Of a DNA stretch of 64,000 bases, positions 8,850-18,612 are shown one piece after another; position 1 is the first letter of the stretch; each line of letters opens with the position of its first letter. Position numbers and translations under genes: made by a program. The stretch is from an uncultured Butyricicoccus sp. Its GTDB lineage: Bacteria; Bacillota; Clostridia; Oscillospirales; Butyricicoccaceae. The stretch covers positions 8,418 to 72,417 of the forward strand of contig CALWBL010000008.1 of assembly GCA_944376065.1 (NCBI GenBank). The letters run 5' to 3'. The notes under the pieces were generated by a model that did no database searches, was not told the origin of the DNA, and saw nothing but the letters and a program-made list of their open reading frames with translations.

Positions 8850-10343
8850 ATGTTTCGCCACATGAAAAAACTTGCAGCACTTGTTTTATCATCCGCCATT
8901 ACTTTTACAAGTGCGGCAGCATTTACAGGAACACCAACAACACAATTTGACTATATTCTGCAAAAAATAGAGCAAAGCAGCTTGTATACACAAAATAATG
9001 AAATGCCAAGCGAGCAAGTCGCAGAAAAAAATGCCTATATTGAGCAAAATCCGGATAAACTTCAAGAAGTTATCAATGAGTATTTGCAAACATTGGATAC
9101 ACACTCTATGTTTTTAACTAAAGAGGAATATGAAAAAGGATTTTCTACATTAGTTGAAACAAGTGGTATTGGTGTTACAATTCAAAAACAGGGTGATAAG
9201 GTTATAATAATTGATATTGAAAAGGCCAGTCCAGCAGCACAGACGGGGCTTACAATAGGGGACGAGATTAAAAAAATAGATGGCGTTTCCATAGAGAATA
9301 TGGAAATTTCACAAATGGGAGAACTGCTAAGGGGTGAAACAGGCTCTCAGGTTAAAGTTACAGTACTTAGAAATGGTCAAACAATCGATTACACCTTAAC
9401 AAGAGCATATATAAGACCAAGTTATGTATCCAGCTATACCGTTGATGAAGGAATTGAATATATTCGCATAGAAGCTATGGGTTCAGAAAGTGATTTGAGA
9501 GATTTTGATGAAATCTGGAACGGTCTGGATGAAAAAAGCACTAAAGCAGTTATTCTTGACCTCCGTTCTAACGGTGGCGGACTTGTAGATGTCGCTTTAG
9601 AAATGGCAGATATTATTCTGGAAGATGATGGAACATATATGGGTGGTATTCAGTGGCGTGAAGATAATGGTGGATTTGAAAAATTCTATTCAAGAGGCAC
9701 TGGTTTACCATTAAATGAAATTTGTGTACTTGTAGATGAAAATACAGCATCTGCGGCTGAACTTTTAGCGGGTATATTAAAAGAAACAGGTACAGCAGAA
9801 ATCGTAGGCACTACTACTTATGGTAAGGGTCAGGGACAGTATCATTTTGATGTTTTGGGTGGTCAGTATAGGCTGATTGTAACATGTATGGAAATGAACC
9901 TTCCGCAGACAGGCTGTTGGGAGGGAAAAGGTATTACACCAACCGTTGAACCTTCACAAAATAATAATGTTATAGATACTGCATTAAATCAACTGCCAGC
10001 TATAGACAGCAATGCAACTATAAGTTATGGTGATAAGTCTGAGCAAGTACAGGCACTTTCGGGTAGATTGTACCTTTTAGGTTATATGGATACTATTCAA
10101 GATGTATTTGATACAAATATGTTGTCAGCACTCAGAGCCTTCCAGAAAGATGAAGGTCTAACAACAGGAATATTTGCAGGTCAGAAAACATTTGAAAAGC
10201 TAGAAGAAAAAATAAATAAACTAAAAAATGTTGGAAGTTCTGGTGATGCAGTATATGACACTGCCGTTGAAATATGTCAAAAGGCAGCATCTGAACCACT
10301 TCGTTATGTTTCGTTATCAGATGGAAGTTATAAAGTAGCATAA
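8850..10343 (+). CDS. S41 C-terminal processing peptidase with PDZ and peptidoglycan-binding domains
   Basis: Signal peptide, GIGV PDZ motif, DLRSNGGG, TASAAE (catalytic Ser), TYGKG (Lys), and a C-terminal PG-binding repeat (LRAFQKDEGL). Confidence 0.9.
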   Translation: MFRHMKKLAALVLSSAITFTSAAAFTGTPTTQFDYILQKIEQSSLYTQNNEMPSEQVAEKNAYIEQNPDKLQEVINEYLQTLDTHSMFLTKEEYEKGFSTLVETSGIGVTIQKQGDKVIIIDIEKASPAAQTGLTIGDEIKKIDGVSIENMEISQMGELLRGETGSQVKVTVLRNGQTIDYTLTRAYIRPSYVSSYTVDEGIEYIRIEAMGSESDLRDFDEIWNGLDEKSTKAVILDLRSNGGGLVDVALEMADIILEDDGTYMGGIQWREDNGGFEKFYSRGTGLPLNEICVLVDENTASAAELLAGILKETGTAEIVGTTTYGKGQGQYHFDVLGGQYRLIVTCMEMNLPQTGCWEGKGITPTVEPSQNNNVIDTALNQLPAIDSNATISYGDKSEQVQALSGRLYLLGYMDTIQDVFDTNMLSALRAFQKDEGLTTGIFAGQKTFEKLEEKINKLKNVGSSGDAVYDTAVEICQKAASEPLRYVSLSDGSYKVA

Positions 10344-10375
10344 ATTTAAAAACATATGATAAAATGGGAGGAAAT

Positions 10376-11398
10376 ATGGAACCCAGTCCTTTATGTACTC
10401 GTCAAATAATTGTTTCGTCGAAAAAAGATACTGGATTTGCTGAAAAACATTCTGATAATGTTGCGGCTGTGCTTACAAGCTCAAAAGAGCAATTCATGCA
10501 AACCCAAAAATTAAAGCAATTGCCATATGGAATAATTTTGGATTGCCCTAAAATGCCAGATAACCTTGAGTTCCCTATTACAGAACAGTATATTGCACTT
10601 TGTAAAAAGCATTTTAAATCTCAAATGAGCAACGATGCAACATTTTATTATTTGCGTGGGTTGGATGATTTTCAATCTCTTAGAGCAGCAGTTATTTCTA
10701 TGACAGACCTTTGCGGAAGAACAATTATAACAGAAATTCATGCAGGTGAAGATGCAAGAATGCAAGATAATACAGATTGCCTTGCGGCTATGGGTGTATT
10801 GCAACGTATAGGCGTATCAACTATAATTTTTACGGCAAATACTCCAGAACAATTAGAAGATACACTAGAAAGAGTCGCACCATATGCGAGAATTTCTATT
10901 GGCGTACGTATACCTGCCAAGTGGCTTGAGAATGGCATTAAACTCACAAATGTTGAAATTTTAATGCCTTATAGCGGAGAAAATGCATCGCAACTTTGGG
11001 GTGTATTAAAGAAATATAAGGCAGGCAGAACCGCAAGCCGTGACCATGATGACTATATTTTAGCACCAGACGGTAGAGATGCCCATTTTATCGATGCTGT
11101 TACCGGAATTTCTGACGAAATAGAGTGTGATCATAGATTGCAGGAACGTTTGCTTGAGATAGAGGACGAGGAGGCAGCAGCACTTAAACTTGTGCTATGT
11201 GAGGAAGATGACCTTTATAATCTTGAAGAAGACCTTTATATGCTAACTCGTCCGGTCTGCCTTTGTGCACAAACACCGGAGCTGCTTGAAAAAGCGCTCA
11301 GGATTTACTCAGGACTTGCAATTTATGATGGAACATGGGAATTAAAACCAGAAGTTATAAAATATTTTTCTGAAAAATACGGAATGATTTGGCTGTAA
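10376..11398 (+). CDS. Hypothetical protein resembling a degenerate homocysteine methyltransferase/pterin-binding fusion (MetH N-terminal-like)
   Basis: ATG 10376 after GGAGG. The C-terminus RPVCLCAQTPELLEKALRIYSGLAIYDG...KYG parallels the pterin-binding domain. No GxNC or GGCC Zn motifs are present. Confidence 0.5.
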   Translation: MEPSPLCTRQIIVSSKKDTGFAEKHSDNVAAVLTSSKEQFMQTQKLKQLPYGIILDCPKMPDNLEFPITEQYIALCKKHFKSQMSNDATFYYLRGLDDFQSLRAAVISMTDLCGRTIITEIHAGEDARMQDNTDCLAAMGVLQRIGVSTIIFTANTPEQLEDTLERVAPYARISIGVRIPAKWLENGIKLTNVEILMPYSGENASQLWGVLKKYKAGRTASRDHDDYILAPDGRDAHFIDAVTGISDEIECDHRLQERLLEIEDEEAAALKLVLCEEDDLYNLEEDLYMLTRPVCLCAQTPELLEKALRIYSGLAIYDGTWELKPEVIKYFSEKYGMIWL

Positions 11399-11430
11399 TT
11401 AAAGCTATTTTAATGAAAAGAGGTATAAAA

Positions 11431-12393
11431 TTGGATTGGACTGAAGTTACTATATTTACCTCAACAGAGGGAATTATGCCTGTGACAGATTTACTTGAAA
11501 ATCAAGGCATTGAGGGTTATGCACTTGAAGATGCTGCTGATTTTCAAGAATTCTTGCAGGATACAGAAATTTATTGGGATTATGTAGATGAAGACCTTAA
11601 ACAAAAACTGTCTAACCAAGAAACAAAAATAAAGATTTATCTTTCTGATGATGAAGAAGGCAGAACACAGTATAATATCCTTTGCTCAAAACTGAATGAA
11701 CTTAAAGCTCAAGATGAAAATAATGCTTATGGCAGACTTGTTACACAGACAAGCCTTACACGCCAGGAGGACTGGGAATGGGGTTGGAAACAGTATTTTA
11801 AACCATTTCCAGTTGGTGAAACTTTTATGATTAAGCCTTCATGGGAAACCGTTGAGGACACACAGGGAAGAACTATACTTGAAATCGACCCTGCATCTAG
11901 TTTCGGAACCGGTACACATGATACAACTCAGCTTTGCATTACTGCACTTGAACAGACTATAAAAGGTGGAGAAAAACTGCTTGATATGGGCACAGGTTCA
12001 GGTATTTTGGCAGTAGCTGCTGGTATGCTCGGTGCAAATCCTCATACAATAGTTGATATTGATGAACATTGTCTGACATGTGCTGATGAAAATGCACAGA
12101 GAAATGGTGTAACACTTGGCAGAAAGCTGCATGGTGATGCGCTTAAAAATCCTCAATTAGCCGAGCAAATCGGAGTGGATTATGATATTATTGTTGCTAA
12201 TATAGTTGCTGATGTAATAATTGGTATGAGCAATATGTTTTGGGACAAACTAAAAAATAACGGTACTTTAATCTGTTCTGGTATTCTAAATGAGCGCGCA
12301 GATGAAGTCGAAAATGCACTTGTAAGTGCTGGATTTACAATTTGTAAACGTTCATCAAGCGATGACTGGACTGCATTTACTGCAAAAAAGTGA
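11431..12393 (+). CDS. prmA: Ribosomal protein L11 methyltransferase
   Basis: WKQYFKP, IDPASSFGTGTHDTT, LDMGTGSGILA, IVANIVAD and LICSGI motifs. TTG start at 11431 after GAGG. Confidence 0.93.
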   Translation: MDWTEVTIFTSTEGIMPVTDLLENQGIEGYALEDAADFQEFLQDTEIYWDYVDEDLKQKLSNQETKIKIYLSDDEEGRTQYNILCSKLNELKAQDENNAYGRLVTQTSLTRQEDWEWGWKQYFKPFPVGETFMIKPSWETVEDTQGRTILEIDPASSFGTGTHDTTQLCITALEQTIKGGEKLLDMGTGSGILAVAAGMLGANPHTIVDIDEHCLTCADENAQRNGVTLGRKLHGDALKNPQLAEQIGVDYDIIVANIVADVIIGMSNMFWDKLKNNGTLICSGILNERADEVENALVSAGFTICKRSSSDDWTAFTAKK

Positions 12394-12494
12394 AGTAAAA
12401 TAAGGTATATAACCAAAAAATCTGGACATCAGAATAGGTTTTTGTTACAATAGTAAGTAACCGTTTATGGTATAAAAAGGCAGAGAGGTATAAA

Positions 12495-13226
12495 ATGCCA
12501 AGATTTTTTATTGATGATGTACCAAATGGTGTATCGGTTAATATAACCGGTGAAGATGCACACCACATAACAAGAGTGCTGCGTATGAAAGCGGGTGAGA
12601 TGCTCACTCTTTGCGACTCACGGGGTAATGATTATATATGTGAGCTTGAAAGCTCAGAAAAAAATAATGTAACCTGTAAAATTTTGAAAACAATTCCTTC
12701 GGTTGGTGAGCCATCAGTTGACATAACTATTTATATGGCGCTGCCCAAAGGCGATAAAATGGATTTTATTGTTCAAAAAGCAGTTGAGCTTGGAGCAAAA
12801 AGGATTGTACCATTTATAGCAAAACGCAGTGTATCCCGCCCAGATGAAAAGTCGCTTTACAAAAAATGCGATAGATGGCGAAAAATTGCCAAAGAAGCAG
12901 CTATGCAAAGCGAACGTGGAGCTGTGCCACAAGTTTCAGATGTTTTAAATTATAAACAGGCTGTTGATGAGGCTGGTGAACATGAACTCGCTATATTTCT
13001 TTATGAAAATGAAAAAGAAACAAGTATTCACAGTGTACTTGAGGACAAAATATTTTCTTCGGTTGCAATTATGATAGGTCCAGAGGGTGGTTTTGCTGAC
13101 GAAGAAGTTAATACAGCCATACAAGGAAAAATGCAAAGCGTATCACTTGGTTCTAGAATATTACGCTGCGAAACTGCGCCTATTGCAGCATTAAGCATTG
13201 TTATGTATGAAAGCGGAAGTTTCTGA
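12495..13226 (+). CDS. rsmE: 16S rRNA m3U1498 methyltransferase
   Basis: MPRFF, HITRVLRM, QKAVELG, IGPEGGF and LGSRILRCETA motifs. Confidence 0.95.
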   Translation: MPRFFIDDVPNGVSVNITGEDAHHITRVLRMKAGEMLTLCDSRGNDYICELESSEKNNVTCKILKTIPSVGEPSVDITIYMALPKGDKMDFIVQKAVELGAKRIVPFIAKRSVSRPDEKSLYKKCDRWRKIAKEAAMQSERGAVPQVSDVLNYKQAVDEAGEHELAIFLYENEKETSIHSVLEDKIFSSVAIMIGPEGGFADEEVNTAIQGKMQSVSLGSRILRCETAPIAALSIVMYESGSF

Positions 13227-13248
13227 TGATTAAAAATTTAGACTGGAG

Positions 13249-14034
13249 TTGATTTTTTTGGCGGCAAATAATGTGCCTAAAAAAAGGGAAGAAGAATATA
13301 CTACCAATAAGGTTTTAGTTGTTTTTAGCCTTTGTTTGCTCGGTGTGTTAGTCCTTATGGGCATAAAAAATATGGTCAATTATGGCTCATCATACCTGAC
13401 AGGTATGATGCTTATTAGAGTTTTAATCGGTGTTTCGGCGTTATGTGTGATAATAGGCATAATTAAGATGATTCGTGAAAAACAGAGCAAAATAAGCACT
13501 GCAATGCGTATCCTAACAGGAAAGAATATATTTATTGTATCTTTTGTATCTTTAATAGTATTTACTTTAACCTATAAATACCTGTTTTTGGTATTTAATA
13601 TATTTTATGTGGCTTTGCCAGCATTAGCCGTTTATTATCTGATTTTTCACTCATATCAGAGAGAGTTTTTTGTTATTGCTGTTGATGGTGGTGTGGCTGG
13701 TGTACTTTTATTTATTGTGCGTAGAGCGGTTGCCAGTTCCCAAATGAAGATAGCATGGGCAGCGGTCGCTATTATGGCGGTTATACTAATTGTTCAGGCG
13801 GTTATTGTGGCTAAAATAAAGTCTAACGATGGTAAACTAAAGGTTGGAGCAAAAGAATATGATTTTGCTTTCTCTAAAAACGCGTATACTATGATGTTTT
13901 TGACTCCACTTGTTATGACTGCACTGGTTGCATTAGGTGCGGCTACAAGTGTGACAATAGGTTTTTATGCTATTATTGTAGTAGCGGCATATTTATTTGT
14001 CACAGCTGTATACTATACTGTGAAACTAATGTAA
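13249..14034 (+). CDS. Hypothetical polytopic membrane protein
   Basis: About 7-8 hydrophobic segments. SD GGAG. Followed by a terminator. The start codon is uncertain. Confidence 0.7.
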   Translation: MIFLAANNVPKKREEEYTTNKVLVVFSLCLLGVLVLMGIKNMVNYGSSYLTGMMLIRVLIGVSALCVIIGIIKMIREKQSKISTAMRILTGKNIFIVSFVSLIVFTLTYKYLFLVFNIFYVALPALAVYYLIFHSYQREFFVIAVDGGVAGVLLFIVRRAVASSQMKIAWAAVAIMAVILIVQAVIVAKIKSNDGKLKVGAKEYDFAFSKNAYTMMFLTPLVMTALVALGAATSVTIGFYAIIVVAAYLFVTAVYYTVKLM

Positions 14035-14039
14035 AATAT

Positions 14040-14068
14040 AAGCGGATAGCTATTTGGCTGTCCGCTTT
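14040..14068 (+). terminator. Intrinsic terminator
   Basis: AAGCGGATAGC / GCTGTCCGCTT stem followed by T's. Confidence 0.65.
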
Positions 14069-14087
14069 AATCTTTAGAGGTGTTTTA

Positions 14088-14843
14088 ATGAAACGTATTG
14101 TTTGTTTGTGTTTATCACTTTTAATGCTTTGCGGCTGTAAGCCCATAATAAAAAAAGTTGATTCATCGCTTGAGACTGCAACACAAATGCAGCAGACACT
14201 AAATAATAATGAAAATCATGCAATATTTATAAGCGAAAAAATGGACGGAGATGAAGTGTTTCAAAGCTTAGAGTCCATATATCCATATGCTTTTTCAATG
14301 GAATTTATATATTATCCAATTCGAATAACGGAAATAACGGTTGATATACAAAATCATGCACAACAAATGCAGGCTAAATTATTAGCAGAACAAATAGCTA
14401 AACAACAAGTTGAAGGCTTACAAACACAAGAGGATATGTTTGCAGCTTTGCATGATTATTTAACAACACATTGTCAGTATGATACACAAACAGTTGAGCA
14501 AGATAATCTAGATGGCACAAGTGCTCCATTCACCGCTTATGGGGCGTTAGTCAATGGCAAAGCAGTCTGCTCCGGATATGCTAGAGCATTTATGATGATG
14601 TGCAGGGCAGTTGGACTTGATACAATTTATATTTCAGATTCTCAGATGAATCATAGCTGGAATGCTGTAATGATTGATGGTGAGATTTTCTACATAGACT
14701 GTACCTTTGATGACCCTATTCCAGACCAAGGTGAAAAAATAATTCGTGAATATTTTTTGAAAACAGGTGATGAGCTAGAAAAAACTCATACATGGGATCG
14801 TGATTTTTATGAGGATTTAATAACTGAAATATACGGAAAATAG
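14088..14843 (+). CDS. Transglutaminase-like domain lipoprotein
   Basis: Lipobox LCGC. Putative Cys-His-Asp triad in AVCSGYARAF, HSWN and YIDCTFD. Confidence 0.8.
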   Translation: MKRIVCLCLSLLMLCGCKPIIKKVDSSLETATQMQQTLNNNENHAIFISEKMDGDEVFQSLESIYPYAFSMEFIYYPIRITEITVDIQNHAQQMQAKLLAEQIAKQQVEGLQTQEDMFAALHDYLTTHCQYDTQTVEQDNLDGTSAPFTAYGALVNGKAVCSGYARAFMMMCRAVGLDTIYISDSQMNHSWNAVMIDGEIFYIDCTFDDPIPDQGEKIIREYFLKTGDELEKTHTWDRDFYEDLITEIYGK

Positions 14844-14900
14844 AGTAAAATTGAACTTTAAAAAGGATTTAAAAAACTTATAAAAAATATGAAAAAAGTG

Positions 14901-14929
14901 TTGACAAATGGGGTATAAGCGTATATAAT
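14901..14929 (+). promoter_or_regulatory. Consensus sigma-A promoter of the tRNA cluster
   Basis: TTGACA-17 nt-TATAAT with an A-rich upstream element. Confidence 0.85.
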
Positions 14930-14994
14930 AAATCATGTCGCTGATGAGTGACGGCAAATAAACCAAAGCCAAGGCGATGATAACTTAATAAGAT

Positions 14995-15071
14995 GGCGGT
15001 ATAGCTTAGTTGGCTAGAGCGTTCGGTTCATACCCGAAAGGTCATTGGTTCAAGTCCGATTACCGCTACCA
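14995..15071 (+). tRNA. tRNA-Met (CAT), elongator type
   Basis: Cloverleaf GGCGGTA...TTCGG-TTCATAC-CCGAA...TTCAAGT...TACCGCT ACCA. It has a G1 acceptor pair and lacks the GGG/CCC anticodon stem of initiator tRNA. Confidence 0.92.
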
Positions 15072-15074
15072 TTT

Positions 15075-15149
15075 GGCCCGTTGGTCAAGCGGCTAAGACA
15101 CCGCCCTTTCACGGCGGTAACACGGGTTCGATTCCCGTACGGGTCACCA
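15075..15149 (+). tRNA. tRNA-Glu (TTC)
   Basis: GGCCCGTTGGTCAAGCGG...CCGCC-CTTTCAC-GGCGG...TTCGATT...GGGTCACCA. Confidence 0.95.
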
Positions 15150-15152
15150 TTT

Positions 15153-15228
15153 GGAAGTTTAGCTCAGCTGGGAGAGCATCTGCCTTACAAGCAGAGGGTC
15201 AGCGGTTCGAGCCCGTTAACTTCCACCA
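15153..15228 (+). tRNA. tRNA-Val (TAC)
   Basis: GGAAGTTTAGCTCAGCTGGGAGAGC...TCTGC-CTTACAA-GCAGA...TTCGAGC...AACTTCCACCA. Confidence 0.95.
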
Positions 15229-15231
15229 AAG

Positions 15232-15260
15232 AAAACACGCATTAAAATGCGTGTTTTTTG
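15232..15260. terminator. Bidirectional intrinsic terminator (tRNA cluster / dedA-like gene)
   Basis: AAAACACGCAT / ATGCGTGTTTT inverted repeat between convergent units. Confidence 0.8.
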
Positions 15261-15284
15261 TTTATATAAATAAAAATTGGGGAA

Positions 15285-15809
15285 TTACCCCCAAAGTGAA
15301 AATGAACCAGCTAAAAATGCCTCGCTGAAAAAATAACCACAGCAAATTAAAAATGTGTTCCATATTGTTATTCCTGCTGCAGACCAACTAATATATTCTC
15401 TGATTGGCATTTGCAAAAGACCAGCTGGAATGGAAACAATGGTTCTAAGCATGGGAATGATTCTACATATCATAAGTGCTTTACCGCCGCCATGCTCCAA
15501 ACGTTTATGACACTGCTCTACAAACTCGTGGAATTTTTTGCTCTTGCCAAAAAGTTTGTTTAAAAGCGGTGCACCGCCAAAATAACATATTGCATACATG
15601 ACGATGGAACCAGCAATTCCTGCAAGAACAGAAACAACTATACATAAAATAAGATTGTGCCCGCTTTGTGCTATAAGCACGCCAACAGCAGGCATTATAA
15701 TACCAGCAGGAAGTCCAGGAAGATTTAGATATTCACAAAAGAAAACAGCCGCCATCATTGGCAGACCATACTGCTCAAAAAGTGAAATTACGCTCTGTAT
15801 ACTGCTCAT
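15285..15809 (-). CDS. DedA-family membrane protein
   Basis: E...LPGLPAGIIMPAVG, GS..Y..GG, CRIIPMLRTIVSIPAG and WNT motifs. Confidence 0.88.
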   Translation of the reverse strand: MSSIQSVISLFEQYGLPMMAAVFFCEYLNLPGLPAGIIMPAVGVLIAQSGHNLILCIVVSVLAGIAGSIVMYAICYFGGAPLLNKLFGKSKKFHEFVEQCHKRLEHGGGKALMICRIIPMLRTIVSIPAGLLQMPIREYISWSAAGITIWNTFLICCGYFFSEAFLAGSFSLWG

Positions 15810-15920
15810 CTATATATTTCGCCGTCCTTATATTTTTTATTTAATAATAGCAACAGGCGACAGCCCACGCAATAGCTATCGCCTGAAATTTAAAAACAAT
15901 TCATATTTATATATTAAATA

Positions 15921-16202
15921 TTAAAATAATGGTATGGAGAAAATAGTGCTTACCACCCACAATGCACTTACCACTCCTGCACCAGTTAAACCGGCTAAAA
16001 ATAAATGTGCATTTGTCCATCGTTTGCGTACATATCGTTTTACATGGGGTTTACCAAGATATTGATTAGCTATTTGACAAGCCTCATGCATAATGTCATT
16101 TGTTTTTTTGTTTTGGTCTTTAATAATAAAAATTGCTTGTTCAAAGGCAGTCGAGTCAGACGGCTGCACAACAACTATTCTTCTGGAAATTCCTTTGACC
16201 AT
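15921..16202 (-). CDS. Small hypothetical membrane-anchored protein
   Basis: SD AAAGGAG. MVKGISRRIVVV...FEQAIFII N-terminus with a C-terminal TM helix. Lies directly downstream of spoIIE. Confidence 0.75.
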   Translation of the reverse strand: MVKGISRRIVVVQPSDSTAFEQAIFIIKDQNKKTNDIMHEACQIANQYLGKPHVKRYVRKRWTNAHLFLAGLTGAGVVSALWVVSTIFSIPLF

Positions 16203-16260
16203 AACTGTTCTCCTTTAGAGCTTTTTGTTTGCTCTACCATTATGCCCTTTATATGGAGTT

Positions 16261-18612
16261 TTATACAGGCAATGGTCTTTGTTCAAGTCTGAAAACTAAA
16301 GCAGACAAGTCATCGGATATTCCACGTTTTGCAGCAGCTACAACGAGTTGCGCTGCAATTTCTTTTGGACTGTCTTTTTTATGCTCATATATCAAGGATT
16401 TAAGCCATTTATCGTCTGTGCTGTCACATATGCCATCGGATACCATGACAAATAAATCGCCTCTTTGAAGTTTTATGGGTATGCTTTGGTCTGCTGCGGT
16501 GTCATCAGATAGTCCCACAGGCAAATTTCCACCAGCGATACTGGTTATTTTATTTTCGCTTACAATATAACTCGATGCTGCTCCGCACTTTAGACAACTT
16601 CCTCTTCCAGTAAATAAATCAAGCATAAGTAAATCAAGTGTAACTCCTCGTGTGCTGTCGCATTTTAATCTGAAAGCAGGGGATACCGTTCTAAGTGCAT
16701 CATCGGGTGGTATACCTGCCCTAAGAAATCGCTCCATAAGGGATAAAATCATGCGGCTGTCTTTTGCAGCAGGTTCACCTGTCCCCATACCATCAGCAAG
16801 AAGCAAACACGCTTGGCCACTATCGGTTACAAACGACCTAGCAGTGTCACCAGAAACATGTTCACTTTGTTTTTGACGCTGACCAATTCCAACAACTGCC
16901 CTAAAGGGTGCTTGTTCTTTTAAAATTAAACGTGTGCCTAATTCATCAGATATGCGTTCCGGCTCAGTAAGGCACACAGAAAGCACTGCTGAAAGTCCGG
17001 CTGCAAAGCCACGGCGTTCATGTAATATATTTTCCATTGCATCGCCGTCCAGTTCAACCCTTAAATGCCCAGTGCCATCACGGAAAACAGCCACTTTATC
17101 TATATTTCCAAATGCAGAGGCATAGCTTCTGACTTGTCGCTCTCTTGCTGGAAGTTCGGCTTGCTCGCAGCCAAGGGTGCTGCTTATTTGTCTTAATATG
17201 CCAGTAAGTCCAGCATATTGTTGAGCTATAAGCGAACAGTTTTCTTCACAGCGTCTGCGGTATTGCTGACGCTCTCTAAGGGAAAATAATGCTCGGTTTA
17301 TTGATGTTAATAGCTCTGGAAAATGTATGCAGCGTTCGGAAAAATGTTTTGGGAAATCGCTTGCCTCTGCTCGTCCGCGTTTAAGCATTGGTACAGATAC
17401 ATCATTTAAGGCTGAAAGCGTGGAAACATAATCCTTTTGCCAGCATTGATTGCATATTCTGCAAGTGCGACACACAGAATCAGCTGCACAATCAAAAATT
17501 GCATGTATATCTTCATCGGCACTTGCACGTCCGGTTTGTATTCCGCTCATCATGGCAAGATACATTTCATAAAATGCATCAGATGCCTCGCTTGCATATT
17601 TTCCTGCACTGTGTTTCATTCTTAAAAGTTTATCAAGCGTGTTTTCAGGTGCAGGAATAAGAGAGTCTTTTATGTATTGCCAAAGAGTTTCAGGGATAAA
17701 CCAAAATGCAAATGCAGATAAACAACACTCATATACACAGGAAATAAAGAACGGGTTATCTACTGCCAGCAGACAAGCTGCACTTGATGTCATAGCTGCA
17801 CTAAACAAAAATGGAATTTTGCCCATAGACCGAAATGCTCCGGACAAAAGGGCGGATAAACTATATACACACGTGAAAAATGCTCCGCTCCCGCTGGATA
17901 AATCCATTGTAACGCCAAAGATAACACCAAAAGTTGCTCCGCTTGCACTTGAACCAAGATATGCTCCAGCAAGCGCTAAAATATATGCTGCAATTCTTGC
18001 AGGAGAAATAACATTAAAAAGGGTGATATTCCCTGTCGAGATAAGTACGCTTGCTGTTATAGCAAGCAGTCCAGCGGGTTTTCGCAAGTCACCGAGTCGT
18101 TTAGGGGTTGAAAATGCCTGCATATAACACCAGCATAGACTTCCTGTTATGATGCACATAGTGAAAAATTTAAAAATATCCCAAATGGTTAGAAAAGGCG
18201 GAGCAGGTAAAAGTATAAATGTACAGACGGCTGTCATAAGAGAACAAGCAAGAGGCATAAACCAGCCTTTTTTTAAATGTTCTCTGAAAATATAAGCACA
18301 TACAAATGTAAGTATGCTTGCTGCCGCAGACGAAATGCCAACCATTCCGCCACGTACAAAAACAGAACCTAAAACAGAACCTAAAAGAGCATATATTCCA
18401 TTTCTGCTTACTGTGCAAGCTGATGTGAATGCTATGCCAAGAGGGGAGTATGTGCCAAAAAATATGCCTTGAGATAAAATTACACCGAGCAAAAACCGCC
18501 TTATGCCATTTATAAGCCTTCGGGCGGCGTCGGTGCGCGTAAGTCGTGTCCAAACAGCGGCTGTATGTGCGGCTGCCTCAAAACTTTTGCGTTCTAGTGT
18601 TTGCTTGTCCAT
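16261..18612 (-). CDS. spoIIE: Stage II sporulation protein E (membrane PP2C phosphatase)
   Basis: N-terminal TM region, central Cys cluster (CRTC...CW...C), and PP2C motifs SGD, ADGMGTG, TLDL, SDGI and DD. SD AAGGAGG. Confidence 0.85.
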   Translation of the reverse strand: MDKQTLERKSFEAAAHTAAVWTRLTRTDAARRLINGIRRFLLGVILSQGIFFGTYSPLGIAFTSACTVSRNGIYALLGSVLGSVFVRGGMVGISSAAASILTFVCAYIFREHLKKGWFMPLACSLMTAVCTFILLPAPPFLTIWDIFKFFTMCIITGSLCWCYMQAFSTPKRLGDLRKPAGLLAITASVLISTGNITLFNVISPARIAAYILALAGAYLGSSASGATFGVIFGVTMDLSSGSGAFFTCVYSLSALLSGAFRSMGKIPFLFSAAMTSSAACLLAVDNPFFISCVYECCLSAFAFWFIPETLWQYIKDSLIPAPENTLDKLLRMKHSAGKYASEASDAFYEMYLAMMSGIQTGRASADEDIHAIFDCAADSVCRTCRICNQCWQKDYVSTLSALNDVSVPMLKRGRAEASDFPKHFSERCIHFPELLTSINRALFSLRERQQYRRRCEENCSLIAQQYAGLTGILRQISSTLGCEQAELPARERQVRSYASAFGNIDKVAVFRDGTGHLRVELDGDAMENILHERRGFAAGLSAVLSVCLTEPERISDELGTRLILKEQAPFRAVVGIGQRQKQSEHVSGDTARSFVTDSGQACLLLADGMGTGEPAAKDSRMILSLMERFLRAGIPPDDALRTVSPAFRLKCDSTRGVTLDLLMLDLFTGRGSCLKCGAASSYIVSENKITSIAGGNLPVGLSDDTAADQSIPIKLQRGDLFVMVSDGICDSTDDKWLKSLIYEHKKDSPKEIAAQLVVAAAKRGISDDLSALVFRLEQRPLPV

